The notes: generated from the letters alone by a model not told the origin. Shown: positions 18,810 through 48,710, counted from the stretch's first letter. The stretch is DNA of 64,000 nt from the human T2T-CHM13v2.0 reference genome, Homo sapiens (GCF_009914755.1 NC_060944.1); one strand, 5' to 3'. Made by a program: numbers and translations.

Positions 18810-20376
18810 TCAAAAACAAACAAACAAAAAAAGATACTAGAATTTGAAAAGCCCCTGGCAGCCAACATTTTACGTGACAGCTCCTATGAAGGCAAGCCTC
18901 TAGGTAGAGCAATGTGATTATATTTAGAATAGGTTAGGAGTTGTAGTATTTGAAGAGTTTTTTTCAGAGCTTTTTAATCTGCTCCTTCGTTTTAAGCAGT
19001 GGAGAAATTGAAAGGTAGGGAAGTCAGTAAAGGGGAAGAGTTGAGATTTGAAACAGAGCCTTCTCTGACTCCAAATTAAGTGTACTTTGATTTGAAGTTT
19101 GGAGCTAGTACATGTTGGGAATGTTGATCAGTATTGCTATAGATATTGTCGTCTTGAGGTGAGTACATGTGCTGTTAACCCTTCTTTCTGGTACTTAGGA
19201 AGAATGGGGGTTTCCTTCTGTGGCCTTACTGATTCTTTCATTCTGTCATTGTACATACTGAGAAACAAAGTTAAATAGTAAAAGGAGTTTGCAGTCTAAT
19301 GTGAGACTCATTTTCTTTTCATCTGTTTTAATTTTATTAAGTTGTCCTCTCTCATTCCTAGGGCTAATGCCACAATGAAACTGGAAATAAGTTTTCTTGC
19401 ACTGTGAATGTGAACTGAGGTTTCCACAAGCAAACTGTGCTTCTGTCTCCCCAAGTAGAGAAGCATGGCAAATAACCACAAGTGCTTTGTCGGGGCCCCA
19501 GGCTTCTCACTTACCTTTCCCCAGTCCTGGCTCTGTTCTTCATGTCTAAAGTAAGGGAGGACAACAGACTTGGTGTGTGTGTGACTGACCTTCTAGAAAT
19601 GTTAACTTCCATCTTTATCTTGGAGAATGAATTGAAGTGTTTCCCTGCCTTTCCATCCAAGGGAACCATCTCTAACAACAAATCTTTTTAAGTGGGTCTG
19701 GAGGGGGGACAGAGAATTGGTGATTTGTCTTGGTAATTATGTTGTTTTTTGGAGTCAGTTTCAAACACTTCAGTAAAAATGTTTAAGGCTCTTCAACTTT
19801 TTTGGTTTGTTTCATTTTAATGTACTACTTTATTCTATTTTCTCACATTTTGTACGCACAAATCAATAGATACTCTTAATTGAATAAGTGAAAATAGTGG
19901 GTGAGTTTAAAGATAGATGTTTCGTTTTCCTTATTTTGATGATTACTTTTAAAATTTTAATGTGTACTTGACATAAAATCTAATGTCAATTCATATATCC
20001 ATTTTTTTCTTTAAGTACAGAAGTCTTAGAACACTTCAAATTCAGTAACTTTTTCAATATATTACCGCTGTCTAGGATTTTGTTTCCATTTTGTTTGTTA
20101 CACTCCCAGCCAAAATAATAGTTACCATTATTTTTAAAGCTATTAATTTCGATTTACCAATATATTTATTGAATTATCTGGTCACTTTGCATATTTATCA
20201 CAATTTTCCTTCTAGGTTAATAATTCATTCCTGCCAAGTGTATCTGTTAATAATTCTTGGAGAATCTGTAAGTAGTACACTCTTTTTGCTGATCTGAAGA
20301 TATCTTTATTTCACCTTTACTTGAATGATAGTTAAATGTGGTTAGAGTGTAAAGGTTGACAGTTATTTTCCATTAG

Positions 20377-20586
<210 letters not shown>

Positions 20587-21039
20587 TAATTTTTGCATTG
20601 TTACTAGAGACGGGGTTTTGCCATGTTGGCCAGGCTGGTCTTGAACTCCTGACTTCAGGTGATCTGCCAACCTTGTTTATATGAGGAAGTCCCTCATAAA
20701 TTTTAGAATAATATCTGTAAAGATGGTGGTAGGGTATTAATGTTAATAATTTTGGTAATTATACTGGGCTTATAAGTAAACATCCTAACTCTTAGCATTT
20801 ACACACTGAAATATTTAAGCATAAGGGAGTGTAATGTTTCCAGCTTGCTCTCAAGTGGTTTAGATAAAAATATAGGTAGATAGAGAAAAAGAAAGTGATT
20901 TTTATAAATGGATGAATTAATTGGTGAATTTAGCTAAATGATATTAACAGAATTATTTGAATAGTCTTGCAAATAAAAATGTTTCTAAATTTGAATAAAA
21001 GAAAGTACTGAGCCCATTAACAAAAAAATATGTATATGA

Positions 21040-21930
21040 AATTAAGTGTTAATTTAGGACTCTCTGAAGAAGTAAATTGAGCTGTGTGCTGAATAACAAT
21101 AATGAAATAGTCGGTGGATGTCAGTGATAAGAATATTCCAGTGCAAAGGCTCAATGATGGGAATGAACTCAGTATGTTCAAAGAATAGAAAAATGGCCGA
21201 TGTAGATATAATGTAGTGGACGAAGAGAAGAGGGTAGAGAGACAGGAGACAGAAGTTCATGTAGAGCTTTTAAAGCCAGCATAAAGCTTTGTAATCCAAT
21301 GAATTTGGATTTCATTCTGAGTGATGGGTAACCATTGAATAGTTGGGGCAGTAATGTGATCTGATTTATATTGTATAAAGATCATTCTTCCTGTCATATA
21401 GAGAAAGAATTTTATAGGGCATGGCTGGAAGCAGCAAGACCAGAAGTGAAAAGTGACAAGTTTGGCCCAGCTTTATGGCAGTGAATATAGTAGAGGACAG
21501 ATGATTTGTTATATTTTAGAGGAAGTTAAGTTTTCTGAACTTGTTGATAGATTGAATGTTGAGAGGGAGAGGGGTGTTTTCAAATAATTGTCAAATCTGT
21601 CTTCCTTATTATTCATCCATTCATTTGAATATTTAGGTGCCTACTGTGTGCTAGGCATTATTCTAGGTATTGGAGTTACATCAATGAGTAAAGCAAAGCC
21701 CCTGCCCTCATGGAGATTAAATTCTAGTAGAAGAGACAGGCAGTAAAGATGATTAATAAGTAATATATATGTAGCCTAAAATGTATGTTTATGTATATTT
21801 AGGATGTTTTTTAATGTTACAAAAAATGAAAGCGCTAAGGAGAAAGGGAAAGGGTTTAAGGAGATCCAGGTTAGTTTGAGGAGGGTAGTCAAGGAGGATC
21901 CTCACTGAAAGGTGATTATTTTAAGAATGC
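21040..21930 (-). mobile_element. L2 fragments
   Basis: cattcatttgaatatttaggtgcctactgtgtgctaggc...cctgccctcatggag, plus purine-rich L2 body (tttggatttcattctgagtgatggg). Confidence 0.7.
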
Positions 21931-21969
21931 AAAGAGATGATGGATGTAAGTGTTCAGTACTGTATGTGA

Positions 21970-23218
<1,249 letters not shown>

Positions 23219-24283
23219 TCATTGGCATTTTGAGATGGAGGCTTCTGGGCAAAAGAAGAATTTCATGGGGGTATTTTGAGATGAGTATGATCAATCTAGT
23301 CAAGAGATGGGGAAGGTCTAAGCTTTGTCTCTTGTAGGTGGAATGGAGAAGGGCAAAGGGTTTGAATTTTGGTTGTGTGGTGTGAAGAATGATTGGTCTT
23401 AAAACAGATTTAAAATGAAAAGATTAAACTGATCAATGTTTTTTATGCTTTTAAAAAATGTGGCTGATAAAGCGTTTTTGTGCTTTTAAAGGGAGCCTGG
23501 ATGAATAGGCTTTGGTACTGTATGTATTGTATTAAACATTTGGAGTGGCAAAATAATTTCTAAAATATTTCTAGCAACTTCATTTTCATTTTATCTGCAG
23601 GATGAAAAAGTAAATTTGGGGATTGTTGATTAAATTAGCAAACCATATGGTTGTTTGCGCAGACTGACTGCTATGCGAGGTAGCTGTGTTATTTTTCTTT
23701 CAGGATATGCTGTTGTATCTGATGCCAGTGTTCTGAAACACTTATTTTCTAGTCAACAGTAGGTGAAGCAATTATTTCTAGTCATTATGGTTTTTCTTGA
23801 TGCCTTAATTAATGTCACAATTTGTGAATGCTTTACCCTGCTGTTTAAAATTAGTTTAATATTTTAAAAGATTAAATCTTCACATTTATGTAATGCTTCC
23901 CAACCTCTTTTCACATCATAGCATACATAGAAAGTATTAAGTTCTGATTGGCTGTCCCAGGCTGAGGAAATCATTATCTCAGTAAACTGATAATCATTCT
24001 TCATAACTCTCTGGCGTTGGTCCCTGGCACACAGCTTGGGAAGTTCTGTCTTAATAGAAAAGATATAGAAACCTTTCTGTACTGTATTGCAGTTAGTTAA
24101 GAGGAATTAGGAAAGAGTTATAGAGTCTTTCTTAATAGGGTTTTTTTTTTCCTCTTTCGCTAGAAGCCTAAATCTCACCAAATTATCGGGTGTTATACTA
24201 GGAACTATGGTTATAAGAGTGAAGAGCTCAAGGAACTCACAGACAGACAGGCACAGAAACAAATCACCTGTGGCACAATATGA

Positions 24284-36228
<11,945 letters not shown>

Positions 36229-38288
36229 CCGTACCCAGTTTTAATTATATTTTCTTAACTGGACCTATGTGGAAAAGAGGTTGTATGCTTCCAAGACAAA
36301 AATTGAATTATTTCACATGTATTTCCTTTTAACTTGTTATGTCTGGGCTGTTTTGGCATTTAAAGCCATTAATCTCAACTCATGATTTCTGTCCCAAGGA
36401 AAATGAGAGTCAGATGTTCACATCTGGACCATTTGTTTCATTCAAGTAGTTGAAATTGCATTAGAAAATTTTGATAGTGATAAAGTCAAGAATTTAGAAT
36501 GAATCATTGAATCCTCCCATTGAAAGGGAAGATCAAAACCTCCAACTTTATGTAGAACTATAGACTGAGAGAACTATTACTTTTTGTTGATTTTTCTTAA
36601 ATAACATTACTGAGGTATGATTGACATGTTAAAAAGCTGTACATATTTAACATATACACCTCCATGCATTTGGGAATAAGTACACCCCTGTGAAGCCATC
36701 AACACAAAAGTTTCCTCTTGACCCCTTTATTATTATTTTTTGTGTATGGTATGTAGCTATTTTAAAGTATTGTTAGTCTTTGTTTTAACTTTGTTGAAGT
36801 GTTAATTAAAATGATGAACTTGCAGAAGAAAAAGTGAACATTTTAAACTATTTTTTATAAATAGAATAGAAACAGGTGCAAATGAAGAAATATATATATA
36901 TAAATATATATAGATCAACAAATGAATAATGAACAAATATATATGTTAATGTAGCATATATTAATATAATATATATGTTAACCACAAAAGTACCATGGCC
37001 ATTCAGCTCGTGATATGTATTTCTTTCTTTTACCTTTATTTTTGGCCTGTTTGAAAGATTTATGCTACATTATATTTTCCTTTATTCCTTAGATTACTTT
37101 AAAGAACAACACTATAATTAAGAGCAGTACACCCTAACCAAGTAAGGTTGATCACACAATGGCAAGGATAGTTCAACATTAAGAAGCTGAAAAGGGCTGG
37201 GCATGGTGGCTCACGCCTGTAATCCCAGCACTTTGGGAAGCTGAGCCAGGTGTATCACTTGAGGTCAAGAGTTCGAGACCAGCTTGACCAACATGATGAA
37301 ACCCCGTCTCTAGTAAAAATGCAAAAATTAGCCAGGCATGGTGGCAAGTGCCTGTAATGCCAGTTACTCTCTGAGGCAGGAGAATCACTTGAATCCAGGA
37401 GGCAGAGGTTGCAGTGAGCCATGATCGCGCCACTGCACTCCAGCCTGGAGGACAGAGTGAGACTTCCCCTCAAAAATAAAAATAAAAATAAAAACAAGAA
37501 GCTGAAAGGAGGAAAAAAAACCCATTTCCATAAATACATCCCTTCCCCTAAAAAAATGCATTTGATTAAGCTGAAGACCTATTTCTAATAAAAACAAGTA
37601 AAAAGCAAGTTTGTGGTAAGTAGAAACTTCAAGGTTATACATGCAAAATGTGGCTTAAACTAGAGCTGCAACATAAAAGTGGTGAAGAACAGCAGAGGAC
37701 AGTTGGAGCTGTGGGAGATGCACAAATGAATGCCTCTGGCATGGAGCTTCAGGGTTGAAAATCAAACACTAGAAGTCCAGCCAGGCACAGAGAGCAGCCA
37801 GTTGCAGAGGGGACATCTCCCTTTGTCTTTATCTGTTGTGGAGATGTTTGGTAGTCCCTTACCCCCAATGCATTGTAATAAAGCACTCCATTTGTATATG
37901 CATCTTAATAGTCCTCAATGATTTAGGCCCACAAAATGATCAGTTAAGAGAGTTACCTTTATTTTGTTTACTTTCAAAAAAATAAGAATAAACCCAAACT
38001 CAATTCTTAATTTCTCAGCCTGAACAGTGTGAGGTCATAGTTGTCCAGATTTCTCTGGAAACGAGTAAAGATGAATTCGTTTCTTTGTCATGGGTCTGTA
38101 CTATAGGTTGTTCTCTTTTTATTTCATTTGATTGTAAACAGCAACTCTGGCAGCTGGGCAATATTGAATGATTGCTGTAAACAAGGAAACAGACTTTGAG
38201 GAGGAAATATCCCCACTATCAGAGAGCTAACAGAGCCTCAATTTCAATCCTGATCTGTCTGAATCCAGCCACTGCCTCATACCCACAC

Positions 38289-38500
38289 CAGAGCTGTTCA
38301 ATTGAAATATAATGTAAGCAACAAATAGAGGCCACATATGTAATTTTAAATATTCTTGTAACCTTATTTTTTAAAAAAGAAACAGGTGACATTCCTTTTG
38401 ATAATATGTTTAATATACTAAGAAATTTCAATATATAATCATTATAAAATTATTAATGAGCTTGTTTACATTCCTTTCCTTAGTACTGTTTGAACCTTGG
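38289..38500. mobile_element. MER33 (hAT-Charlie) fragment
   Basis: cagagctgttcaattgaaatataatg...gccacatatgtaattttaaatatt...aaaagaaacaggtga. Confidence 0.7.
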
Positions 38501-39485
38501 GGTCTGGCATGGTGGCTCACGCCTGTAATCTCAGTGCTTTGTGAGGCCAAGGTGGCAGGATCACTTGAGGCCAGGAGTTTGAGACCAGCTAGTGAGACCC
38601 TGTCTCTAAAAAAAAAAATAGAAAAATTAGCTGGACATGTTGGCATGCACCTATAGTTCCAGCTACTTGGGAGGCTGAGGTGGGAGGATCTCTTGAACCC
38701 AGGAGGTTCAGGCTGCAGTGAGCCTAGGTTATGTGACTGCTCTTCCAGCTTGGACGATGCTGTCTCATCTTTTTTTACAAAAAAAAAAAAAAAATCTGCA
38801 ATCCTTTTTTCCTGTGCACAAACAGCTTCCAGAAAATAGTTAAAAGAAACCATCAAACCCTAAGGTAATTTTTTTTAAGTACCTGTTGGCCCAAACAGAG
38901 GGCTTAATTAGCGGCAACTCTTAGAAACCAGATTGCGTTAAACACATCTAGCTTTGTTTTTTTTTCTTGGCCCCCACAAAGGCTATGCGCATGCCCCAGG
39001 AATATACTTCTTCTTTGATTGGGCACAATAAGATTGTTTTCTTCAAATATTTGAGAGTGGTAGGACCCCAGAAGAACTCTTACCAACTGATGGTGAGTGC
39101 CAAGATCTTCTCATTTATCTGGCAGTGGCATATTCCATCTCTGCAGCAAGGTAAAGCCCTGGGTGCTAGAAGTTCCTTCACAGAACCTAGGTGTCAGCCA
39201 GTCATGGATATTGTCCTGTGGCTTCCCATAAAGAAAGCTAAATCTTTGCTTCGTGCTACTCCTGAGCATGCAGTTTTGATTTTTGTGGTTCTCCATCTCA
39301 AAACAAAAGCTGATGGGCTGACTGGGCCTTTCTTTGCGCTGGGGGAATATTAAAAACTCGGTTTTTCAAATATTAAGGTACATGGAGCCAGGTGGAACCC
39401 AGGCTCTTTTAAAGATTGATGAGGGCAGGTGCAGTGGCTCTCGCTTGTAATCCGAGCACTTTGGGAGGCCGAGGCAGGCAGATCA

Positions 39486-39850
<365 letters not shown>

Positions 39851-40468
39851 TTAAAATAGAAAAAAGTAGTAGTCCCTGCTGTAGTCCCAGCTACTGGGGA
39901 GGCTGAGACACAAGAATTGCTTGAACCCGGGAGGCCGAGGTTGAAGTGAGCCGAGATCCCACTACTGCACTCCAGCCTGAGCAACAGAGTAAATCTCAAA
40001 AAAAAAAAAAAAAAAGAAAAAAATGATGAATAAATATGTACAAAAAGAAAAGAAAAATATTTGTCACATCCAAGTTAACTGAGGATGGCAATGTAATTAA
40101 AAAGAATGGTTTGAACTCACAATTGGCTTTGTGGTTACCTTACTACTTGAAAGACGGGACTGGGCACATATACCATTTCATTGGACAAACTTATTTTTAC
40201 TTAATAGAATATAATTAAAATGCAAAAGTTAATAGCACATTAAAGTTTAATAGTTTTCTTTGAGACAGAGACATTCTCTGCTCTCTTTTGCTCCTCAGAC
40301 TGGTCTTCGTAGTCTTCAGGTTGCTAAAATCTGATACTTTCCCAAGTCCATTCTCATGAACAATTCTACATCCCAATTGTGGCGGGGTGGGAGGGGGGGG
40401 CCTCCTGTAAGTCATGGTCATTCTGTGTTCATGCTGTCTCCATTTCCAAAAACGCTCCAGAATCTCTA

Positions 40469-40891
<423 letters not shown>

Positions 40892-40904
40892 TCAAAAAAA
40901 ATTT

Positions 40905-40995
40905 TATATATATATATATATAATTATGTAAAAATTATATATATAATTATGTAAAAATTATATATAATTATGTAAATATATATATAAAATTATGC
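40905..40995. repeat. AT-rich minisatellite, about 21-23 bp unit (tatatataattatgtaaaaat) x3, grown from an Alu tail
   Basis: Directly visible tandem units. Confidence 0.85.
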
Positions 40996-41642
40996 TATGT
41001 AGTTCTGTTAATGCATGATATTATAAAAGCACAGTTGTAAAAAGGTTACATTTACTCTAATTCTAGGCCACAGACTATTCAGTTAGTCCTAAAAATTCAT
41101 GCAACATCGCCAGGCATTGTAGCACATCCCTGTAGTCCCAGTTACTTGGGAGGCTGAGGATCACTTGAGCCCAAGAGTTTGAGGTCAGCCTTGGTAACAA
41201 AGCCAGACCTAGTGTCTTCGAGAAAAAAAATACAAAATTCATGCAACATTACTTGACACTAGGGAGACTAAGTAAGTATGAAGATGGAGTTATATGAATG
41301 GGTCACTGCCACTTAAAAAAACCCCTCAAAAATACATGAACTATTAATGAGTTGTAGTGCATATAAGGAAGACAGAATAATGTCTTATATATCATGACTC
41401 CATTAACCTCTATAAAGAAGCTGAATATCTACATCTTAAAATTGTAGACTAATGGAGACATTATTTTGTTTATATTAACTCTCTACCTAGGCTTTTCCAT
41501 TGTAAAGAAGCTATATTTATCTAGATCCATCCTCCCCCATACACACAGAGCTGTTTTTCTTTCACATTGAAAAATTATGACCAGGCACCCTGGCTCATGC
41601 CTGTAATCCTAATAGTTGTGGGAGGCCAAGGCAGGCAGATCA

Positions 41643-42250
<608 letters not shown>

Positions 42251-42671
42251 TAGATTTTTATATCTGCTTCTGCATTAATCATGTAATCTCTGTAAAAAGC
42301 TACCATTCACTCATGAAAGAGTAAAAAGGATAAATGACCTCTTCTTGCTACGATTATGAAAATTGTTTTGACCTTTCCCCTTCTGTCCACACATATCCCA
42401 AAGGGTCTCCAGGGCCCCCAACGGTCCCAGGACCATATTTTGAGAACTGCTGAGTAGATCATGGCATTCAAGCCAAGGTAAGTTTATGTTTTATTGTAAG
42501 AGCAATAGGAAGCCATTAGAAGAGTTCAGGTCTGTGGGAAGATCTGTTTTAGGTTTTAAATCAGCACTTTGGATACTACGTGATGAATGGACTGAAGGGG
42601 TTAAAAGCAGAAGCAGAAAGAATAGTTAGGAGGCAGATGAAGCAGTCCAGGTGAGAGATGACAGTGGCTAA

Positions 42672-42986
<315 letters not shown>

Positions 42987-43730
42987 TGATCCTCCTGCCT
43001 CGGCCTCCCAAAGTGCTGGGATTACAGGTGTGAGCCACCGAGCCCGGCCTACTGCTAGATTTCCTCTAGAAGGTTCTGTGTTCCGCAGACATTTAGCACA
43101 GATGTATCAAATGCTGGAACCCAAGAGACCTGGCTTTTTGAATCGTAGGAAAGCCATTAACTAGCTGTGTGAGAAATTGATAGCGTTTTTCCCTGTCTCC
43201 CGAAAAAAAAGTGAGGTTTATTTTTGGCCAAGAAGACTAAAGTTAGCTGATTCTCCATCAGTCTCAGATTCTCTGAGTTCTCTGACTTTGGCTGCGTATG
43301 TGTGGCCCAGGCAGTAATGTGACACACCTTTAAGTGGTTGGGATTCAGTCGATTTTGATTGTGGTAGGGGTGGCTTCCATACAAAGGCAAGATGCTAATC
43401 AAATTTAATTTAAGTCTTTTCTGTTCATGTGAGAAATACTAAGCTGGTGGAGACCTGAAACAGATGGTGTGCAGTTGGAGTAGATAACTATATTATTCTA
43501 AATAAATATTTGCTGGAGCTGGGAAGCAACAATCCATATTTCATTTTTTCCCTATTTACATTTTCAGGTCAGCTGTGTTGCTACTGTTTTTAACTTGCAT
43601 TAAGGTTATCAACAGACTTGGCAATTACAATATATCTTTAAATGTTGAAATAATTAGCATTGGAAGAGACCCTCAGCACGTAGTGCTGTAATGATTCTTA
43701 ATGCATTTCTGGTGGATAGCTGTCTAATAA

Positions 43731-43865
<135 letters not shown>

Positions 43866-45421
43866 TGAGTAGCTGGGACTACAGGCGCACACCACCATGC
43901 CCAGCTGATTTTTCTATTTTTAGTAGAGACGGGGTTTCACCACGTTGGCCAGGATGGTCTCGATCTCTTGACCTTGTGATCCGCCCACCTCGGCCTCCCA
44001 AAGTGCTGGGATTACAGGCATGAGCCACTGTGCCTAGCTTAAAAATCTTATACGGTACTTGTTTTTTAATTTTCATTTTTTTTTTAATTTATTTTTTTTG
44101 AGAGCGGGCCTTGCTCTGTCACCCAGGCTGAAGTGCAGTGGCACAATCTCGGCTCACTACAACCTCTGCCTCCCAGGCTCAGGCAATCCTCCCAAGGAGC
44201 TGGGACTATAGGTGTACGCCACCACTCCCAGCTAAATTTTTGTATGTTTTGTAGAGATCAGGTTTTGCCATGTTGGCCAGGCTGGTCTTGTACTTCTGAG
44301 CTGACTCGATCCACCTGCCTCAGCCTCCCAAAGTGCTGGGATTACAGACGTGAACCACCATGCCTGGCCTACAGCACTTTTTAATCTGTTACTTTATTTG
44401 CCTTTTAACACCTCCCTTCCTCTGTTTTACAAATGAAGAAACCAAGGCTCTGGCATGACTTGTCCAGGGTTCCACAGTAGCTGATAAATTGGCAGAAAAA
44501 TCAGGATTCACAGTCACAGTTTCATGCCCAGTTTTCTTTCTTCCACAATAGCCTACCTTTGACTATTCAAGAATATAAATCTCTAGCTGGTCTGGAATTT
44601 GGCTGTTTTGCCAAACTGACCTTTTCATCTCATCTTTTGCTGCATACAGCTTTTTATATTTACTGTATATTCTGTTTCAGCTAAGAGATGGTCTTAAATT
44701 GAGGGAGTAATGAAAATTTTATATTAACTCTTTCCTGGCTTAAGGTGCTGTAGCCACTGTATCTGTCTCAGTTAAGTTCTGGGGCGAGATCTGTGTGCAG
44801 TCTCTTAAATGTTAATATATTCTTTGTTACACATAATATACTTGTTCTCACCTTCATTGTACCTGTATTCTTAATGATACTTTGATGAAAGCAGGTTTTC
44901 AAATAAGTAGGTTTAAAAAGGCATTTTATTAATCACTGGTCTAATCATTATAATAACCTAAACAGCTAGCATGTATTCCTATGCTCTTTGTATATTTATT
45001 CTTGAAATTCACAGTGCTTACAGCCCGGTAGATTATACTCTTTACTTGGCTTCTGGTTTTTCCCCTTATTTCCTTGGCTTTTCTTTTTCAGTCTCTTTTT
45101 TTAGTTTCTTGTCTTTCATGATCTCTAAGAGTGGAAATACCTGCAGATCTGTACCCACTTCCAGTAAGATACCTGTTCTCAGGCTTTCCGTAGAATCTAT
45201 ATGCCATTATTTGAAAATATTTCATCACAACTTCAGACTTTCCCACCCCAGGCCTCAGCTCCACACTTTTATATCCAGCTGCTTATCCAGCATTTCTGTT
45301 AGAATATCTACTGAGCATTTTAAAGGTAATCCTGATCTTCAGTTGCTCTTTCCCCATTTTCCTTTACCAGTTCCTCCTTCTTAGTAAATGGTAACTTCAT
45401 CCTTCCAGTTGCTTAGGCTAA

Positions 45422-45742
<321 letters not shown>

Positions 45743-45944
45743 TGAGCCACTGTACCCGGCCTTTTGACCTCTATTTTGTATTTATTTTTTATTTATTTAC
45801 TGCTGTCACCTCAGTAGTAGAAGACTTAGTAGTTACTCGAATAATTTTGAATAAATAGATGAGAAAATTCTAAGATTCAATTTAGGAAAAGTTACTCAAA
45901 TTCCTTATTTAACTGCATTCCACTACCTGGGGGTTATGTTAAGA

Positions 45945-46215
45945 CAGGGGTCTCCAATCCTCAGGCTGCATACCGGTATGGATCTGTGACCTGTTAGGAA
46001 CCGTGTGGCACAGCAAGTGGTGAGCCAGTGCATTACCGCCTGACCTCTGCCTCCTGCCAGATCAGCCATGGCATTAGATTCTCATTAGGAGGGCAATCCC
46101 TGTTGTTAACTGGACATGTGAGGGATCTAGGTTGTGCACTCCTTATGAGAATCTAATGCCTGATGATCTGAGGTGGAACAGTTTCATCCTGAAACCACTC
46201 CCTACCCCACCCCCA
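45945..46215 (+). mobile_element. MER1B (hAT-Charlie) DNA transposon, 3'-truncated
   Basis: CAGGGGTCTCCAATCC start and the diagnostic TTATGAGAATCTAATGCCTGATGATCTGAGGTGGAACAGTTTCATCC. Confidence 0.85.
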
Positions 46216-46365
46216 GTTAGTGGAGTGCAATGGCACGATCTCAGCTCACTGCAACCTCCTTTTGTAGTTCTTCGGTAGGTACATGGCCTCCCAAGTAGCT
46301 GGGACCACAGGTGCATGCCACTGTGCCCAGCTAATTCTTTTATTTTTTGAAAAGACAGGGTCTCA

Positions 46366-47429
46366 TATCGGGGAATCTGCCCCAATATTCACGTAGGTTC
46401 TTTTCTATTTTCCTTTAGCATCGGCCAGCTTGAGAAATAAAGGGACAGAGTACAAAAGAGAGAAATTTTAAAGCTGGGCGTCCAGGGGAGACATCATATG
46501 TCGGTAGGTTCCATGATGCCCCACAAGCCGCAAAAACCAGCAAGTTTTTATTAGGGAGTTTCAAAAGGGGAGGGAGTGTGCGAATACGTGTGGGTCACAG
46601 ACATCAAGTACTTTACAAGGTAATAGAATATCACAAGGCAAGTGGAGGCAGGGCAAGATCACAGGACCACAGGACCAGGCAAAATTAAAATTGCTGATGA
46701 AGTTAGCACCATTGTCATTGATAACATCTTATCAGAAGACAGGGTTTTGAGATAAACCGGTCTGACCAAAATTTATTAGGCGGGAATTTCCTCTTCCTAA
46801 TAAGCCTGGGAGCACTATGGGAGACTGGGGTCTATTTCACCCCTGCAGTCTCGACCATAAGAGACAGGCGCACCTAGGGGGGCCGTTTATAAGCCTATAC
46901 ATCCAGGCGCGTATTCTCTTTCCCAGGGATGTTCCATGCTGAGAAAAAGAATTCAGTGATATTTCTCCCATTTGCTTTTGAAAGGAGAGAAATATGGCTC
47001 TGTTCTGCCTGGCTCATCAGCGGTCAGAGTTTAAGGTTATCTCTCTTATTCCCTGAACAATTGCTGTTATCCTGTTCTTTTTTCAAGGTGCCCACATTTC
47101 GTATTGCTCAAACACACCTGCTGTACAATTTGTGCAGTTAATGCAATTATTACAGAGTCCTGAGGCGATATACATCCTCCTCAGCTGACAGGATTAAGAG
47201 ATTAAAGTAAAGACAGGCATAGGAAATCACAAGAGTATTGATTGGGGAAGTGATAAGTGTCCATAAAATCTTTACAATTTATGTTTAGAGATTGCAGTAA
47301 AGACAGGCATAAGAAATAAAAGTATTAATTTGGGGAACTAATAAATGTCCATGAAATCTTCACAATCCACCTTCTTCTGCCATGGCTTCAGCCGGTCCCT
47401 CCGTTTGGGGTCCCTGACTTCCCGCAGCA
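46366..47429 (-). mobile_element. MER11 (probably MER11C) solo LTR of the HERV-K HML-8 group
   Basis: Minus strand starts TGCTGCGGGAAGTCAGGGACCCCAAACGGAGGGACCGGC and ends CCCCGATA, about 1064 bp. TSD GTCTCA at 46360-46365 and 47430-47435. Minus-strand TATAAA at 46886-46891 and AATAAA at 46547-46552. Confidence 0.9.
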
Positions 47430-47468
47430 GTCTCACTTCATTGCCCAGGCTGGTTTTCCAGCTTTTTA

Positions 47469-47952
<484 letters not shown>

Positions 47953-48289
47953 GCTATAATAATGATAAATTAATTTTCCAGTATATGTATAAACATGGAA
48001 TGTAAAAAATTTATTTTTTCTATCAGTGTTGGTACATGTTAAAGTATTGATTTTGTTTTAATTGTGCTCCATCTTCTATCTTCAAAGGTCCTTGTAAAAT
48101 ACTTTCTGGTAATTTCCCTTTTTTTTTTTTTTGAGACGGAGCCTTACTCTGTTGCCCAGGCTGTAGTGCAATGAATGGCATGATCTTGGCTCACCGCAAC
48201 CTCCACCTCCCAGGTTCAAGTGATTCTTCTGCCAGCCATAGCCTCCTGAGTAGCTGGGTTTACAGGTGCCCACCACCATGCCTGGCTAA

Positions 48290-48466
<177 letters not shown>

Positions 48467-48710
48467 TGATAAATTGTTTGTCATTATAAACAGTTGTTTC
48501 TGGCCATCTCGGCATATGAAGCCTGCGTGTTATTAGGAAGTTGGATGTGTTGTCAGATTTGTGGCAGAGTTACAAAGATGGTAAATGCTCATCCTTAAGC
48601 ATGTACTATGTCCATAATCAGTTTAGCCAACTTTATAAGGCTATAAATGTAACAGTAATTTTGATGTTTCTTCCTCCATCTTTAGCAAGTTAGAATTATC
48701 ACTTTTGGAA

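Noticed and set aside
23601-23762. Possible cryptic exons after ttttatctgcAG and tttctttcAG
   Set aside because: The matching donors (GTAGCT, GTGAAG) are weak and there is no other support.
38967-39353. 128-aa ORF as a standalone gene
   Set aside because: TTG start and no recognisable homology. Only the splice signals inside it were kept as a lead.
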